From: Copranaerobaculum intestinale
GTDB lineage: Bacteria; Bacillota_I; Bacilli_A; Erysipelotrichales; Erysipelotrichaceae
Direction: 5' to 3'
Assembly (NCBI RefSeq): GCF_009831105.1
Contig: NZ_WUUQ01000006.1
Coordinates: 30,001-62,000 of the forward strand
DNA: 32,000 bases
A program made the position numbers and the translations under genes. Below the pieces are notes generated by a model that was not told the DNA's origin, did not search any database, and saw nothing but the letters and a program-made list of their open reading frames with translations. Below, piece after piece: positions 24,533-32,000 of the stretch (position 1 is the first letter of the stretch; each line of letters opens with the position of its first letter).

Positions 24533-25672
24533 ATGGATTTCATGTTAACAGAACAACAAAAAATGATGAAAAAGCTTTTTTCCGAGTTCGCCGAAAAAGA
24601 AGTTAAACCGATTGCCGGTGAAATTGATGAAGAAGAGCGTTTTCCACGCGTTACTGTCGAGAAAATGGAAGCCTGCAAAATGCTAGGTATCCCATTCCCA
24701 CGGGAATATGGAGGAGCAGGAGCAGATTATCTGAGTTATATTCTGGCGGTAGAGGAGCTCAGTAAGGTCTGCGGTACTACAGGCGTCATCCTGTCTGCAC
24801 ATACATCATTGGGCACCAGTCCGATCGCAGCCTTCGGTACTGAGGAACAGAAACAGAAATATCTGCCTGATCTTTGTACCGGAAGAAAGCTGGGAGCGTT
24901 TGGCTTAACTGAGCCGAATGCCGGTACGGACGCAGCCGGTCAGCAGACAACAGCGGTAAAGGATGGTGAGGACTACATCATCAACGGTTCTAAAATCTTC
25001 ATCACCAATGCCGGAGAAGCAGACATCTATGTAATCTTCGCCATGACGGATAAATCACAGGGAACCCGCGGTATTTCCGCATTCATCCTGGAAAAGGGAA
25101 TGCCGGGATTCACGATCGGCAAACATGAGAAAAAGCTGGGTATCCGTGCTTCTGCTACCTGTGAGCTGATCTTTAACAACGTTCGCGTATCCAAAGCAAA
25201 CCTGCTCGGTCAGGAAGGCAAAGGATTTAAGATTGCCATGCAGACCCTGGACGGCGGCCGTATCGGAATCGCCGCGCAGGCACTGGGAATTGCCCAGGGC
25301 GCGATTGACGAAGCTGTGGCTTACGTGAAATCTCGTAAACAGTTTGGCCGTCCGATCGCAAAATTCCAGAATACGCAGTTCCAACTGGCAGATATGCAGA
25401 CAAAAGTAGATGCTGCCCGCTTCTTAGTATACAATGCCGCTATGTGCAAGCAGAATGGTCAGCCATATACCGTTGCGGCTGCGGAAGCAAAATTGTTTGC
25501 GGCAGAAACTGCGATGGAGGTTACAACAAAGGCAATCCAGCTGTTAGGCGGATACGGCTATACAAGAGATTATCCAGTAGAGAGAATGTTCCGTGATGCG
25601 AAAATCACTGAAATTTACGAGGGTACATCGGAAGTACAGCGCATGGTTATCAGCGGACAGATGCTGAAGTAA
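24533..25672 (+). CDS. bcd: Butyryl-CoA dehydrogenase (short-chain acyl-CoA dehydrogenase)
   Basis: MDFMLTEQQKMMKKLFSEFAEKEVKPIAGEIDEEERFP..., GLTEPNAGTDA and YEGTSEVQRMVISG. Start at ATG 24533 with SD AAGGAGAGGAG. Confidence 0.92.
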   Translation: MDFMLTEQQKMMKKLFSEFAEKEVKPIAGEIDEEERFPRVTVEKMEACKMLGIPFPREYGGAGADYLSYILAVEELSKVCGTTGVILSAHTSLGTSPIAAFGTEEQKQKYLPDLCTGRKLGAFGLTEPNAGTDAAGQQTTAVKDGEDYIINGSKIFITNAGEADIYVIFAMTDKSQGTRGISAFILEKGMPGFTIGKHEKKLGIRASATCELIFNNVRVSKANLLGQEGKGFKIAMQTLDGGRIGIAAQALGIAQGAIDEAVAYVKSRKQFGRPIAKFQNTQFQLADMQTKVDAARFLVYNAAMCKQNGQPYTVAAAEAKLFAAETAMEVTTKAIQLLGGYGYTRDYPVERMFRDAKITEIYEGTSEVQRMVISGQMLK

Positions 25673-25692
25673 GAGAAAGGATGACAACTGAT

Positions 25693-26481
25693 ATGAAAAT
25701 TGTAGTTCTTGTAAAACAGGTACCTGATTCAACTGAAATCAGAGTCGATAAAGAAACCGGAACCCTGATTCGCGCCGGTGTTCCAAGCATCATCAATCCG
25801 GACGATCTAGCCGGTGTGGAAGCTGCTCTGCAGCTGAAAGAAAAACATGGTGCTACGGTAACCATTATCTCCATGGGACCACCACAGGCTTCCGATATGC
25901 TGAAAGAATTATATGCGCGCGGTGTTGATGAATGCATTCTGATTACAGACCGTGCGTTTGCCGGAGCTGATACTTGTGCAACCTCTTCTACCCTGGCGGC
26001 GGCATTGACCAAGACCGGTTATGATTTAATTATTGCCGGACGTCAGGCAATCGACGGTGATACTGCACAGGTAGGACCGCAGACGGCAGAGCGTTTGAAT
26101 ATTCCTCAGGTAACCTATGTTGATGAGATCATCGATCTAAATGACAAAACGGTTACCGTAAAGAAAGCCTTAGAAGACAGTGAAGAAATCTTAGAAGCAA
26201 AATTACCTTGTGTATTAACAACCTTGAGCGGTATGAATGAGCCTCGCTACATGAATTGTAATGATATTGTCGATTCGTTCAGCAAAGAAGTAAAAATCAT
26301 GACCTTCAGCGATCTGGATATCGATGCAAGCAAAGTTGGTTTGGCCGGTTCTCCTACCAAAGTACACCACACGTTCACAAAAGAAGTTTCTGCCCAGACA
26401 GAGACATTTACATTACCTGCTGATGAAGCCGCAAAATTGATTGCGACGAAATTAAAAGAAAAGCAGTTAATTACGAAATAG
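25693..26481 (+). CDS. etfB: Electron transfer flavoprotein beta subunit
   Basis: MKIVVLVKQVPD..., IINPDDLAGVEAAL and GRQAIDGDTAQVGP. Homologs start at MxIVVxxKQVPD, so ATG 25693 is preferred to 25681. Confidence 0.9.
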   Translation: MKIVVLVKQVPDSTEIRVDKETGTLIRAGVPSIINPDDLAGVEAALQLKEKHGATVTIISMGPPQASDMLKELYARGVDECILITDRAFAGADTCATSSTLAAALTKTGYDLIIAGRQAIDGDTAQVGPQTAERLNIPQVTYVDEIIDLNDKTVTVKKALEDSEEILEAKLPCVLTTLSGMNEPRYMNCNDIVDSFSKEVKIMTFSDLDIDASKVGLAGSPTKVHHTFTKEVSAQTETFTLPADEAAKLIATKLKEKQLITK

Positions 26482-26493
26482 GAGGACAGCGAA

Positions 26494-27516
26494 ATGGCTA
26501 AATTTGAAGGATATAAAGATATTTACGTTTTCGTTGAACAGAAGAACGGAAACATCGCCAATGTTGGCTATGAATTGATCAGCGAAGCGCGCAAGCTGGT
26601 AAAACAGATTCCCCACATGAACTTTGAAGTTGTCGGAGTACTGCTGGGACATCATATCGCTTCGAAAGCAAACGATGTAATCGCACACGGTGCTGATAAA
26701 GTAATCGTAGTCGATCACGAACTGTTGGAAAACTATTCTACGCAGTTCTATACGGATGCTTTGACCCAGGTCATCAATGCATTCAAACCAGATTCTTTCC
26801 TGACTGGTGCTACCGTGCTTGGCCGCGATTTGGCACCGCGGGTTGCGGCACGTCTGAACGCCGGCTTAACTGCCGATGCGACAAAAATTGAAATGGATCC
26901 GGAAAAAGAAGATGAAGCACTGCTGTTAGTCACTCGTCCGACCTTCGGCGGTAACTTATTCGGAACGATCATCTGTCCGGATACCCGTCCACAGATGGCA
27001 ACGATCCGTCCTAACGTATTCTCCATGGATCCGGTTGATCCTGCTCATGAGGGAGAAGTGATCGTATTCAATCCTTCCTTTGATGATACGGAAGCTAAAG
27101 TTGTTGTAAAAGAAATTATTGAAAAAGTCGTGGAAGGCATCGACATCACAAAATCTGATATTCTGGTAGGAGCCGGCCGCGGCGCGGAAGACTGCCTGGA
27201 TATAGTAGAAGCAGTTGCTGAAGAGCTGGGCGGGGCAATGTGTGCCAGCCGTGCTGTGGTTGATGACGGCTTTGCCGACAAAGCAATTCAGGTAGGACAG
27301 ACTGGTAAGACTGTACGCCCTTCCCTGTATATTGCCTGCGGCATCAGCGGAGCTTGCCAGCATGTTGCCGGCATGGAAAAATCCGATATGATTATCGCAA
27401 TTAATCGTGATCCTCAGGCAGAAATCTTTAATATCGCCAATATCGGAATCATCGGTGATGTGAAAGAAATCCTGCCGCTGCTGAAAGAGGAAATCAAAAA
27501 CGTAAAAGCGGCATAA
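26494..27516 (+). CDS. etfA: Electron transfer flavoprotein alpha subunit
   Basis: GRDLAPRVAARL..., the FAD-binding C-terminal region ASRAVVD.G...QVGQTGKTV.P.LYIACGISGA.QH, and IIAINRD. Confidence 0.9.
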   Translation: MAKFEGYKDIYVFVEQKNGNIANVGYELISEARKLVKQIPHMNFEVVGVLLGHHIASKANDVIAHGADKVIVVDHELLENYSTQFYTDALTQVINAFKPDSFLTGATVLGRDLAPRVAARLNAGLTADATKIEMDPEKEDEALLLVTRPTFGGNLFGTIICPDTRPQMATIRPNVFSMDPVDPAHEGEVIVFNPSFDDTEAKVVVKEIIEKVVEGIDITKSDILVGAGRGAEDCLDIVEAVAEELGGAMCASRAVVDDGFADKAIQVGQTGKTVRPSLYIACGISGACQHVAGMEKSDMIIAINRDPQAEIFNIANIGIIGDVKEILPLLKEEIKNVKAA

Positions 27517-27561
27517 GCTGCAAAGCTATATAATGATGAAAGTGAAAAGGAGCGAACTATT

Positions 27562-28401
27562 ATGAAAAAGATTGGTGTAATCGGCGCCGGCACTATGGGC
27601 CAGGGCATTGCGAACGCATTTGCTTCAAACGGATATGAAGTTACCGTATGCGATATCAACATTGAATTTGCACAAAACGGGGTTGCGAAAATCAACAATA
27701 AGCTGGATAAACTGGTAAGCCGTGAAAAAATGACGGCAGAAGCTGCCGCTAAGGTAAAAGCAAACCTGAAAACTGGAGTATATGAAGATCTGAACGATGT
27801 AGATTTTATCATTGAAGCAGTTCTTGAGAAAATGGAAATTAAAAAAGATCTGTTCACCAAACTGGATGAAATCTGTAAAGAATCCTGCATCTTCGGTACG
27901 AACACATCTTCATTATCGGTAACTGAAATTGCCAAAGGCATCAAGCATGACGTTATCGGTATGCACTTCTTCAATCCGGCTGATCGTATGAAGCTGGTTG
28001 AAGTTATTTCCGGAATCAATACGCCGGCTGCTGTCAAAGATACGGTTATTGAATTAGCGAAAGCACTGGGCAAAACACCGGTAGAGGTTGCAGAAGGTCC
28101 GGGATTCGTTGTGAACCGCATCCTGATTCCAATGATCAACGAAGCTGCTTTCATCCTGCAGGAAGGCATTGCCAGCGCGGAAGATATTGATACGGCCATG
28201 AAGCTTGGTGCGAACCATCCTATGGGTCCTCTGGCCCTGGGCGATCTGATCGGCTTGGATGTTGTACTGGCTATTTTGGATGTATTACAGGCAGAAACCG
28301 GTGATCCGAAATACCGTGCCTGCACGCTGATCAAGAAAATGGTTCGCGGCGGCAAACTGGGACAGAAAACTGGCGTAGGATTCTACGACTACACAAAATA
28401 A
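27562..28401 (+). CDS. hbd: 3-hydroxybutyryl-CoA dehydrogenase
   Basis: MKKIGVIGAGTMGQGIA (NAD fold), FNPA, GFVVNRIL and HPMGPLALGDLIGLD. Confidence 0.92.
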   Translation: MKKIGVIGAGTMGQGIANAFASNGYEVTVCDINIEFAQNGVAKINNKLDKLVSREKMTAEAAAKVKANLKTGVYEDLNDVDFIIEAVLEKMEIKKDLFTKLDEICKESCIFGTNTSSLSVTEIAKGIKHDVIGMHFFNPADRMKLVEVISGINTPAAVKDTVIELAKALGKTPVEVAEGPGFVVNRILIPMINEAAFILQEGIASAEDIDTAMKLGANHPMGPLALGDLIGLDVVLAILDVLQAETGDPKYRACTLIKKMVRGGKLGQKTGVGFYDYTK

Positions 28402-28414
28402 AGTGTATTGCAAT

Positions 28415-28451
28415 AACAGTAGAATCGACATGTACGGTTCTACTGTTTCTT
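28415..28451 (+). other. Intercistronic stem-loop between hbd and crt (weak U-tract)
   Basis: AACAGTAGAA-(13 nt)-TTCTACTGTT followed by TCTT. Confidence 0.4.
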
Positions 28452-28480
28452 ATACGTAAACACGTAGGAAAGGTGAAAAT

Positions 28481-29260
28481 ATGGATACAGTATTATTAGA
28501 GATGAAAGAACATATCGCAACCATTACCATCAATCGTCCCAAGGCGCTGAATGCTTTGAGTACAGAGGTTCTGGAAGATTTGAATACTGCTTTGGCACAG
28601 GTTTGTGCAACCAAAAGCATATATGCTTTGATTATCACTGGAGCTGGTGACAAGAGCTTTGTGGCAGGTGCGGATATTGCGGAAATGAAAGATAAAAATG
28701 TAGATGAGGCAGCTACTTACGGCCGTTTCGGAAACCAGATCTTCCGCCGTATTGAAAACTTCCGCTGTCCGGTCATTGCGGCGATCAACGGATTTGCATT
28801 AGGCGGCGGCTGCGAGCTTGCCTGCGCATGTGATATTCGTATCGCTGCTGATAATGCGGTATTCGGTCAGCCGGAAGTAGGATTGGGCATTACCCCGGGA
28901 TTCGGCGGAACACAGCGTCTGGCACGCCTTGTCGGTGCCGGCCCAGCCAAAGAAATGATCTTTACCGGACGTAATATCAAAGCGGATAAAGCATTGGCTA
29001 TCGGCTTGGTAAACAGTGTTGTTCCGCACGATGAGCTGATGGCAGCGGCTGAGAAAATGGCAGCGAATATTGCCAAGAACGCACCAATCGCTGTCGCAAA
29101 TGCGAAAACGGCAATCAATGAAGGCTTGCAGACAAATATTGACGCAGGCATCAACATTGAGGTAAAGGCTTTCTCTGCATGCTTTGCAACTGAAGATCAG
29201 AGAACTGGAATGAACGCTTTCGTAAATAAAGAAAAAGTTGATGCATTCGCAAATAAATAA
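28481..29260 (+). CDS. crt: Short-chain enoyl-CoA hydratase (crotonase)
   Basis: ITINRPKALNAL, FVAGADI.EM, AAINGFALGGGCELA..CD.RIA and GQPEV.LGI.PGFGGTQRL. Confidence 0.9.
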   Translation: MDTVLLEMKEHIATITINRPKALNALSTEVLEDLNTALAQVCATKSIYALIITGAGDKSFVAGADIAEMKDKNVDEAATYGRFGNQIFRRIENFRCPVIAAINGFALGGGCELACACDIRIAADNAVFGQPEVGLGITPGFGGTQRLARLVGAGPAKEMIFTGRNIKADKALAIGLVNSVVPHDELMAAAEKMAANIAKNAPIAVANAKTAINEGLQTNIDAGINIEVKAFSACFATEDQRTGMNAFVNKEKVDAFANK

Positions 29261-29264
29261 GCAA

Positions 29265-29301
29265 AAAGACAGATAGAGACAGAAGGACACTATCTGTCTT
29301 T
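29265..29301 (+). other. Intercistronic stem-loop between crt and the CoA-transferase gene (weak U-tract)
   Basis: AAAGACAGATA-(15 nt)-TATCTGTCTTT, an 11-bp perfect stem followed by CTCGC. Confidence 0.4.
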
Positions 29302-29320
29302 CTCGCAAAGGAGTGTTGAA

Positions 29321-30868
29321 ATGAGTAAGATTGTAAGTTTAGAAGAAGCCATTTCCATGATCAAAGACGGTTCAACGCTGGGAATCGGCGGATTTATCGG
29401 TTCCGGGCATCCGCAGGAATTCTCAGTTGGTCTGGAAGAATCCTTCTTAAAGAGCGGTCATCCCCGTGATCTGACGATCATGTTCTCGGCTGGTATCGGA
29501 GACGGTACCGATCGGCTGGGACTCAATAAAATCGGCCATGAGGGACTGTTAAAACGGATTATCGGCGGTCATTGGGGACTAATTCCAAAGCTGCAGCGTT
29601 TGGTCTTTGACAATAAGGTGGAAGGATACAACCTGCCGCTGGGAACCATATCTCTATTGTTTCGTGAAATAGCCGGACACCGCCCCGGAGTTTTCACAAA
29701 AGTTGGTTTGAAAACATTCATTGATCCGCGTTTAGAAGGTGCGAAGATGAATGAAAGAACCAAAGACGATCTGGTGGAGCTGACCCATGTTAATGGTGAG
29801 GAATATCTGCTTTATAAAGCGTTCCCGGTAAACTATGCGCTGATCCGTGCAACCTATTGTGATGAAGAAGGTAATGCGGTGATGGATAAAGAAGCCGCAA
29901 CTTTAGATTCCTTGGCGATCGCCCAGGCAGCGAAAAACTCCGGAGGCAAGGTTCTGCTTCAGGTGGAAAAGGTAGTACAAAACGGAACCTTAGATGCACG
30001 CAAAGTAAAAATTCCAGGTATCTATGTTGATGCAATTGTAATATCACGTCCGGAAAATCATTGGCAGACATACCAGGGCTATTACAACCCTGCTTTCAGC
30101 GGTGAATGCCGGGTGCCTGTGGATTCCATCGAACCAATGGCACTCAATGAGCGTAAGATCATTTGCCGCCGGGCTGCGATGGAGCTCGATCCAAGGGCGA
30201 TCATCAACCTGGGCATCGGAATGCCGGAAGGAATCGCGAACGTAGCCAATGAAGAAGGAATGCCGGGTCTAAAGCTGACGGTTGAGACCGGCGGTATCGG
30301 CGGTGTACCGGCGGCAGGAACCGCATTCGGTGCAGTTACGAATCCGGAATGCATCATTGATCAGCCGTATCAGTTTGATTTCTATGACGGCGGCGGTCTG
30401 GATCAGGCATTCTTAGGCTTGGCGGAATGTGACAAAGAGGGAAATATCAATGTATCACGCTTTGGACCGAAGATTGCCGGCTGCGGCGGATTTATCAATA
30501 TCACGCAGACAACTCCGGTAGTTATTTACTGCGGTACCTTTACATCCAAAGGATTGAAGCTGGATATCAAGGATGGCAAGCTGAATATTCTGCAGGATGG
30601 CAGTATCATGAAATTCAAAAATAAAGTAGAGCAGGTAACCTTCTCAGCTGAATTTGCGAAGGAACAGCATCAAAAAGTTCTGTATATCACGGAACGATGT
30701 GTATTTGAACTGCGTCCGGAAGGCTTGACCCTCACGGAAATTGCCCCGGGAGTGGACTTAAAGAAGGATATTCTGGGACATATGGAATTTGAGCCATTGA
30801 TCGCAAAGGATTTAAAACTGATGGATGAGCGCTTATTCCGAGAAGCAAAAATGGGTTTGATAAAATAA
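29321..30868 (+). CDS. Acyl-CoA:acetate CoA-transferase of the propionate CoA-transferase (Pct/YdiF) family
   Basis: Collinear with C. propionicum Pct as I recall it: HEGLLKR.I.GHW, PGVFTKVG..TFIDPR, ALIR.TY.DE.GN, SGG.V..QVE.VV..GTLD.R.VK.PGIYVD, YDGGGLD..FLGLAECD.EGNINVSRFGP.IAGCGGFINITQ and YITERCVF. Confidence 0.88.
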   Translation: MSKIVSLEEAISMIKDGSTLGIGGFIGSGHPQEFSVGLEESFLKSGHPRDLTIMFSAGIGDGTDRLGLNKIGHEGLLKRIIGGHWGLIPKLQRLVFDNKVEGYNLPLGTISLLFREIAGHRPGVFTKVGLKTFIDPRLEGAKMNERTKDDLVELTHVNGEEYLLYKAFPVNYALIRATYCDEEGNAVMDKEAATLDSLAIAQAAKNSGGKVLLQVEKVVQNGTLDARKVKIPGIYVDAIVISRPENHWQTYQGYYNPAFSGECRVPVDSIEPMALNERKIICRRAAMELDPRAIINLGIGMPEGIANVANEEGMPGLKLTVETGGIGGVPAAGTAFGAVTNPECIIDQPYQFDFYDGGGLDQAFLGLAECDKEGNINVSRFGPKIAGCGGFINITQTTPVVIYCGTFTSKGLKLDIKDGKLNILQDGSIMKFKNKVEQVTFSAEFAKEQHQKVLYITERCVFELRPEGLTLTEIAPGVDLKKDILGHMEFEPLIAKDLKLMDERLFREAKMGLIK

Positions 30869-30881
30869 TTATGAATATAGA

Positions 30882-30918
30882 AAAAGTACCTTTATAAAAT
30901 GATTTGAGGTACTTTTTT
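30882..30918 (+). terminator. Rho-independent terminator of the butyrate operon
   Basis: AAAAGTACCT-(15 nt)-AGGTACTTTT, with the T-run extending to 30918. Confidence 0.8.
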
Positions 30919-30958
30919 ACCGATTTTACCAAAACATCTACCGATCATGCCAAATAGC

Positions 30959-30987
30959 TTTACGCATTATATGTTTCTTTTTATAAT
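30959..30987 (+). promoter_or_regulatory. Sigma-A type promoter of the threonine-aldolase leader
   Basis: TTTACG (30959-30964), 17-nt spacer, consensus TATAAT (30982-30987). Confidence 0.55.
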
Positions 30988-31180
30988 GTAGACGTAAAGA
31001 AGCCATAGAGCTTCTTGAAAAGAAAATCGCTTATAGAAATGGATGACAGGCATTCCGGGTCATCATAATAAACAGGAGAATGATGTGCGTCCAAGCATAT
31101 AAGTGATGGTCTTATCCGAAAGTTGAAATTGAAGGAAAATAAGAAAATTGGGAAAATAGGCTTTCGGTAAGACATTCGTG

Positions 31181-31240
31181 AATATACAGTCCAGCGGATA
31201 GAGGAAGTATGGAAGAAGGCGCTGGGCTGTATATTTTTTT
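31181..31240 (+). terminator. Strong intrinsic terminator inside the 5' leader (attenuator)
   Basis: AATATACAGTCCAGCG (31181-31196) pairs with CGCTGGGCTGTATATT (31220-31235), up to 16 bp with one G-U pair and a 23-nt loop. T7 run at 31234-31240. It lies 87 nt upstream of the start codon. Confidence 0.65.
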
Positions 31241-31326
31241 ATCTGTTTTTTTATGAAAATATACCGTATAATAAAGGCAGTTTGTAAAAGCATGTAAAAT
31301 ATCAAGAAATTGAAAGGGGTGTTTGG

Positions 31327-32000
31327 ATGATCAGCTTTAAGAATGATTACAGTGAGGGTGCCTGCCCACAAATTATGCAGGTTCTTCAGGAAACAAATGA
31401 ACAGCAGTCTGATGGCTATGGACTGGATCCCTATTGTGAAGAAGCAAGGGCGTTAATTAGAAAAAAGCTGGGCTGTGAAAATGGTGATGTTCATTTCTTT
31501 GTGGGCGGTACACAGGCCAATCAGACGATTATCGCCTCCGTACTGCGTCCATATGAAGCGGTGATTGCCGTTGACAGCGGTCATATCAATGTTCATGAAA
31601 CCGGAGCGATCGAAGCAACCGGACATAAAGTGCTGACAGCTTTGGGAAAAGCGGGTAAAGTACTGCCAAAGGAAGTGCAGCAGATTGTTGATGCGCATAC
31701 TGATGAACATATGGTGAAACCGGCAATGGTGTATATTTCTAATGCGACAGAAATCGGTACGGTTTATACTAAGGAAGAATTACAGGCGCTTCGTAAGGTA
31801 TGCGATGAAAACGGTCTTTATCTGTTCATGGATGGAGCCCGGCTGGGAGCGGCAATGAGCGCTTGTGACAATGATGTAAAGTGGACTGATTATCCCGATC
31901 TTGTTGATGTGATGTATATCGGCGGTACTAAAAACGGCGCCTTATTTGGAGAGGCGTGTATCATCATGAATGATGCTTTAAAAAAAGATTTCCGCTATCA
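31327..32000 (+). CDS. Threonine aldolase / beta-eliminating lyase family PLP enzyme; C-terminus lies outside the window
   Basis: ATG 31327 with SD AAAGGGG. Translation reads MISFKNDYSEGACPQIMQVLQETNEQQSDGYGLDPYCEEARALIRKKLGCENGDVHFFVGGTQANQTIIASVLRPYEAVIAVDSGHINVHETGAIEATGHKV...YIGGTKNG (PLP-lysine region). The frame stays open to the window edge, so it is absent from the ORF track. Confidence 0.75.
   Translation, partial: MISFKNDYSEGACPQIMQVLQETNEQQSDGYGLDPYCEEARALIRKKLGCENGDVHFFVGGTQANQTIIASVLRPYEAVIAVDSGHINVHETGAIEATGHKVLTALGKAGKVLPKEVQQIVDAHTDEHMVKPAMVYISNATEIGTVYTKEELQALRKVCDENGLYLFMDGARLGAAMSACDNDVKWTDYPDLVDVMYIGGTKNGALFGEACIIMNDALKKDFRY

Noticed and set aside
27414-28355. 313-aa ORF on the minus strand.
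   Set aside because: It is entirely antisense to the well-supported hbd gene. The sequence is low-complexity and rich in Ser, Ile, Ala and Phe, with no SD and no recognisable motif. This is a typical shadow ORF. The same reasoning applies to the other antisense track ORFs, for example 671..1000, 11312..11719, 18028..18468, 25650..26012 and 28799..29308.
31186-31206. The sequence AGTCCAGCGGATAGAGG resembles the PyrR-binding motif (A/G)UCCAGAGAGG.
   Set aside because: The motif is interrupted by a 5-nt insertion. It sits in the terminator 5' arm and loop rather than in an anti-antiterminator. The downstream gene is unrelated to pyrimidine metabolism.
30990-31240. T-box or glycine riboswitch upstream of the threonine aldolase gene.
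   Set aside because: There is no T-box sequence (GGTGGTACCGCG-like), no recognisable specifier-loop and AGAGA/GA-motif arrangement, and no glycine aptamer core (GGAGAG ... ACCGAAGGGGCAA). The leader is kept as an unclassified candidate instead.
1-32000. Scan for CRISPR repeats, tRNA/rRNA genes, IS elements, integrases, phage genes or known defence-system genes.
   Set aside because: I saw no regularly spaced direct repeats, no cloverleaf-like or rRNA-like segments, and no transposase, integrase or recombinase ORFs. All long ORFs have ordinary metabolic, transport or regulatory assignments. A by-eye scan cannot exclude short or degenerate elements.

Overview
Chromosomal segment of a low-GC Firmicute, probably an anaerobic butyrate producer judging by gene content. 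It is tightly packed with about 37 protein genes. I saw no rRNA, tRNA, CRISPR array, transposase or integrase. From left to right: (1) a partial ABC ATPase, divergent from a LytTR regulator plus small membrane protein pair, both of which look frameshifted. (2) Housekeeping and detoxification genes: an FAD/Rieske oxidoreductase, a GNAT and a nitroreductase. (3) An Lsa-like ABC-F (ARE-type) ATPase preceded by a promoter, a 5-codon uORF and an intrinsic terminator. (4) A 27-codon uORF that overlaps a terminator, followed by a cytoplasmic ankyrin-repeat protein and an EF-G2-type elongation factor paralog in one operon. (5) An M32 carboxypeptidase, a PgpA/YutG-like protein, a CxxC lipoprotein, an AAC(3)-family acetyltransferase, a GNAT, a ferritin-like/VIT1 iron transporter, an SGNH hydrolase, a lipoprotein and a polysaccharide deacetylase. 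(6) A MurR/RpiR regulator, a mannose-family PTS (IIA, IIB, IIC, IID) and NanE. (7) A YcxB-like protein, a NIF3-like protein and a frameshifted XRE regulator. (8) A complete acetyl-CoA to butyrate cluster: thl divergent from bcd-etfB-etfA-hbd-crt plus a Pct-family CoA-transferase, with Rex-type operators in the divergent promoter region. (9) A long structured leader with a strong terminator ahead of a partial threonine aldolase-family gene. The most unusual items are the two adjacent translation-factor loci, each gated by a uORF plus terminator (especially the ankyrin/EF-G2 operon), and the unclassified leader upstream of the threonine aldolase gene. All functional calls rest on motif and family recognition by eye; no database search was run.
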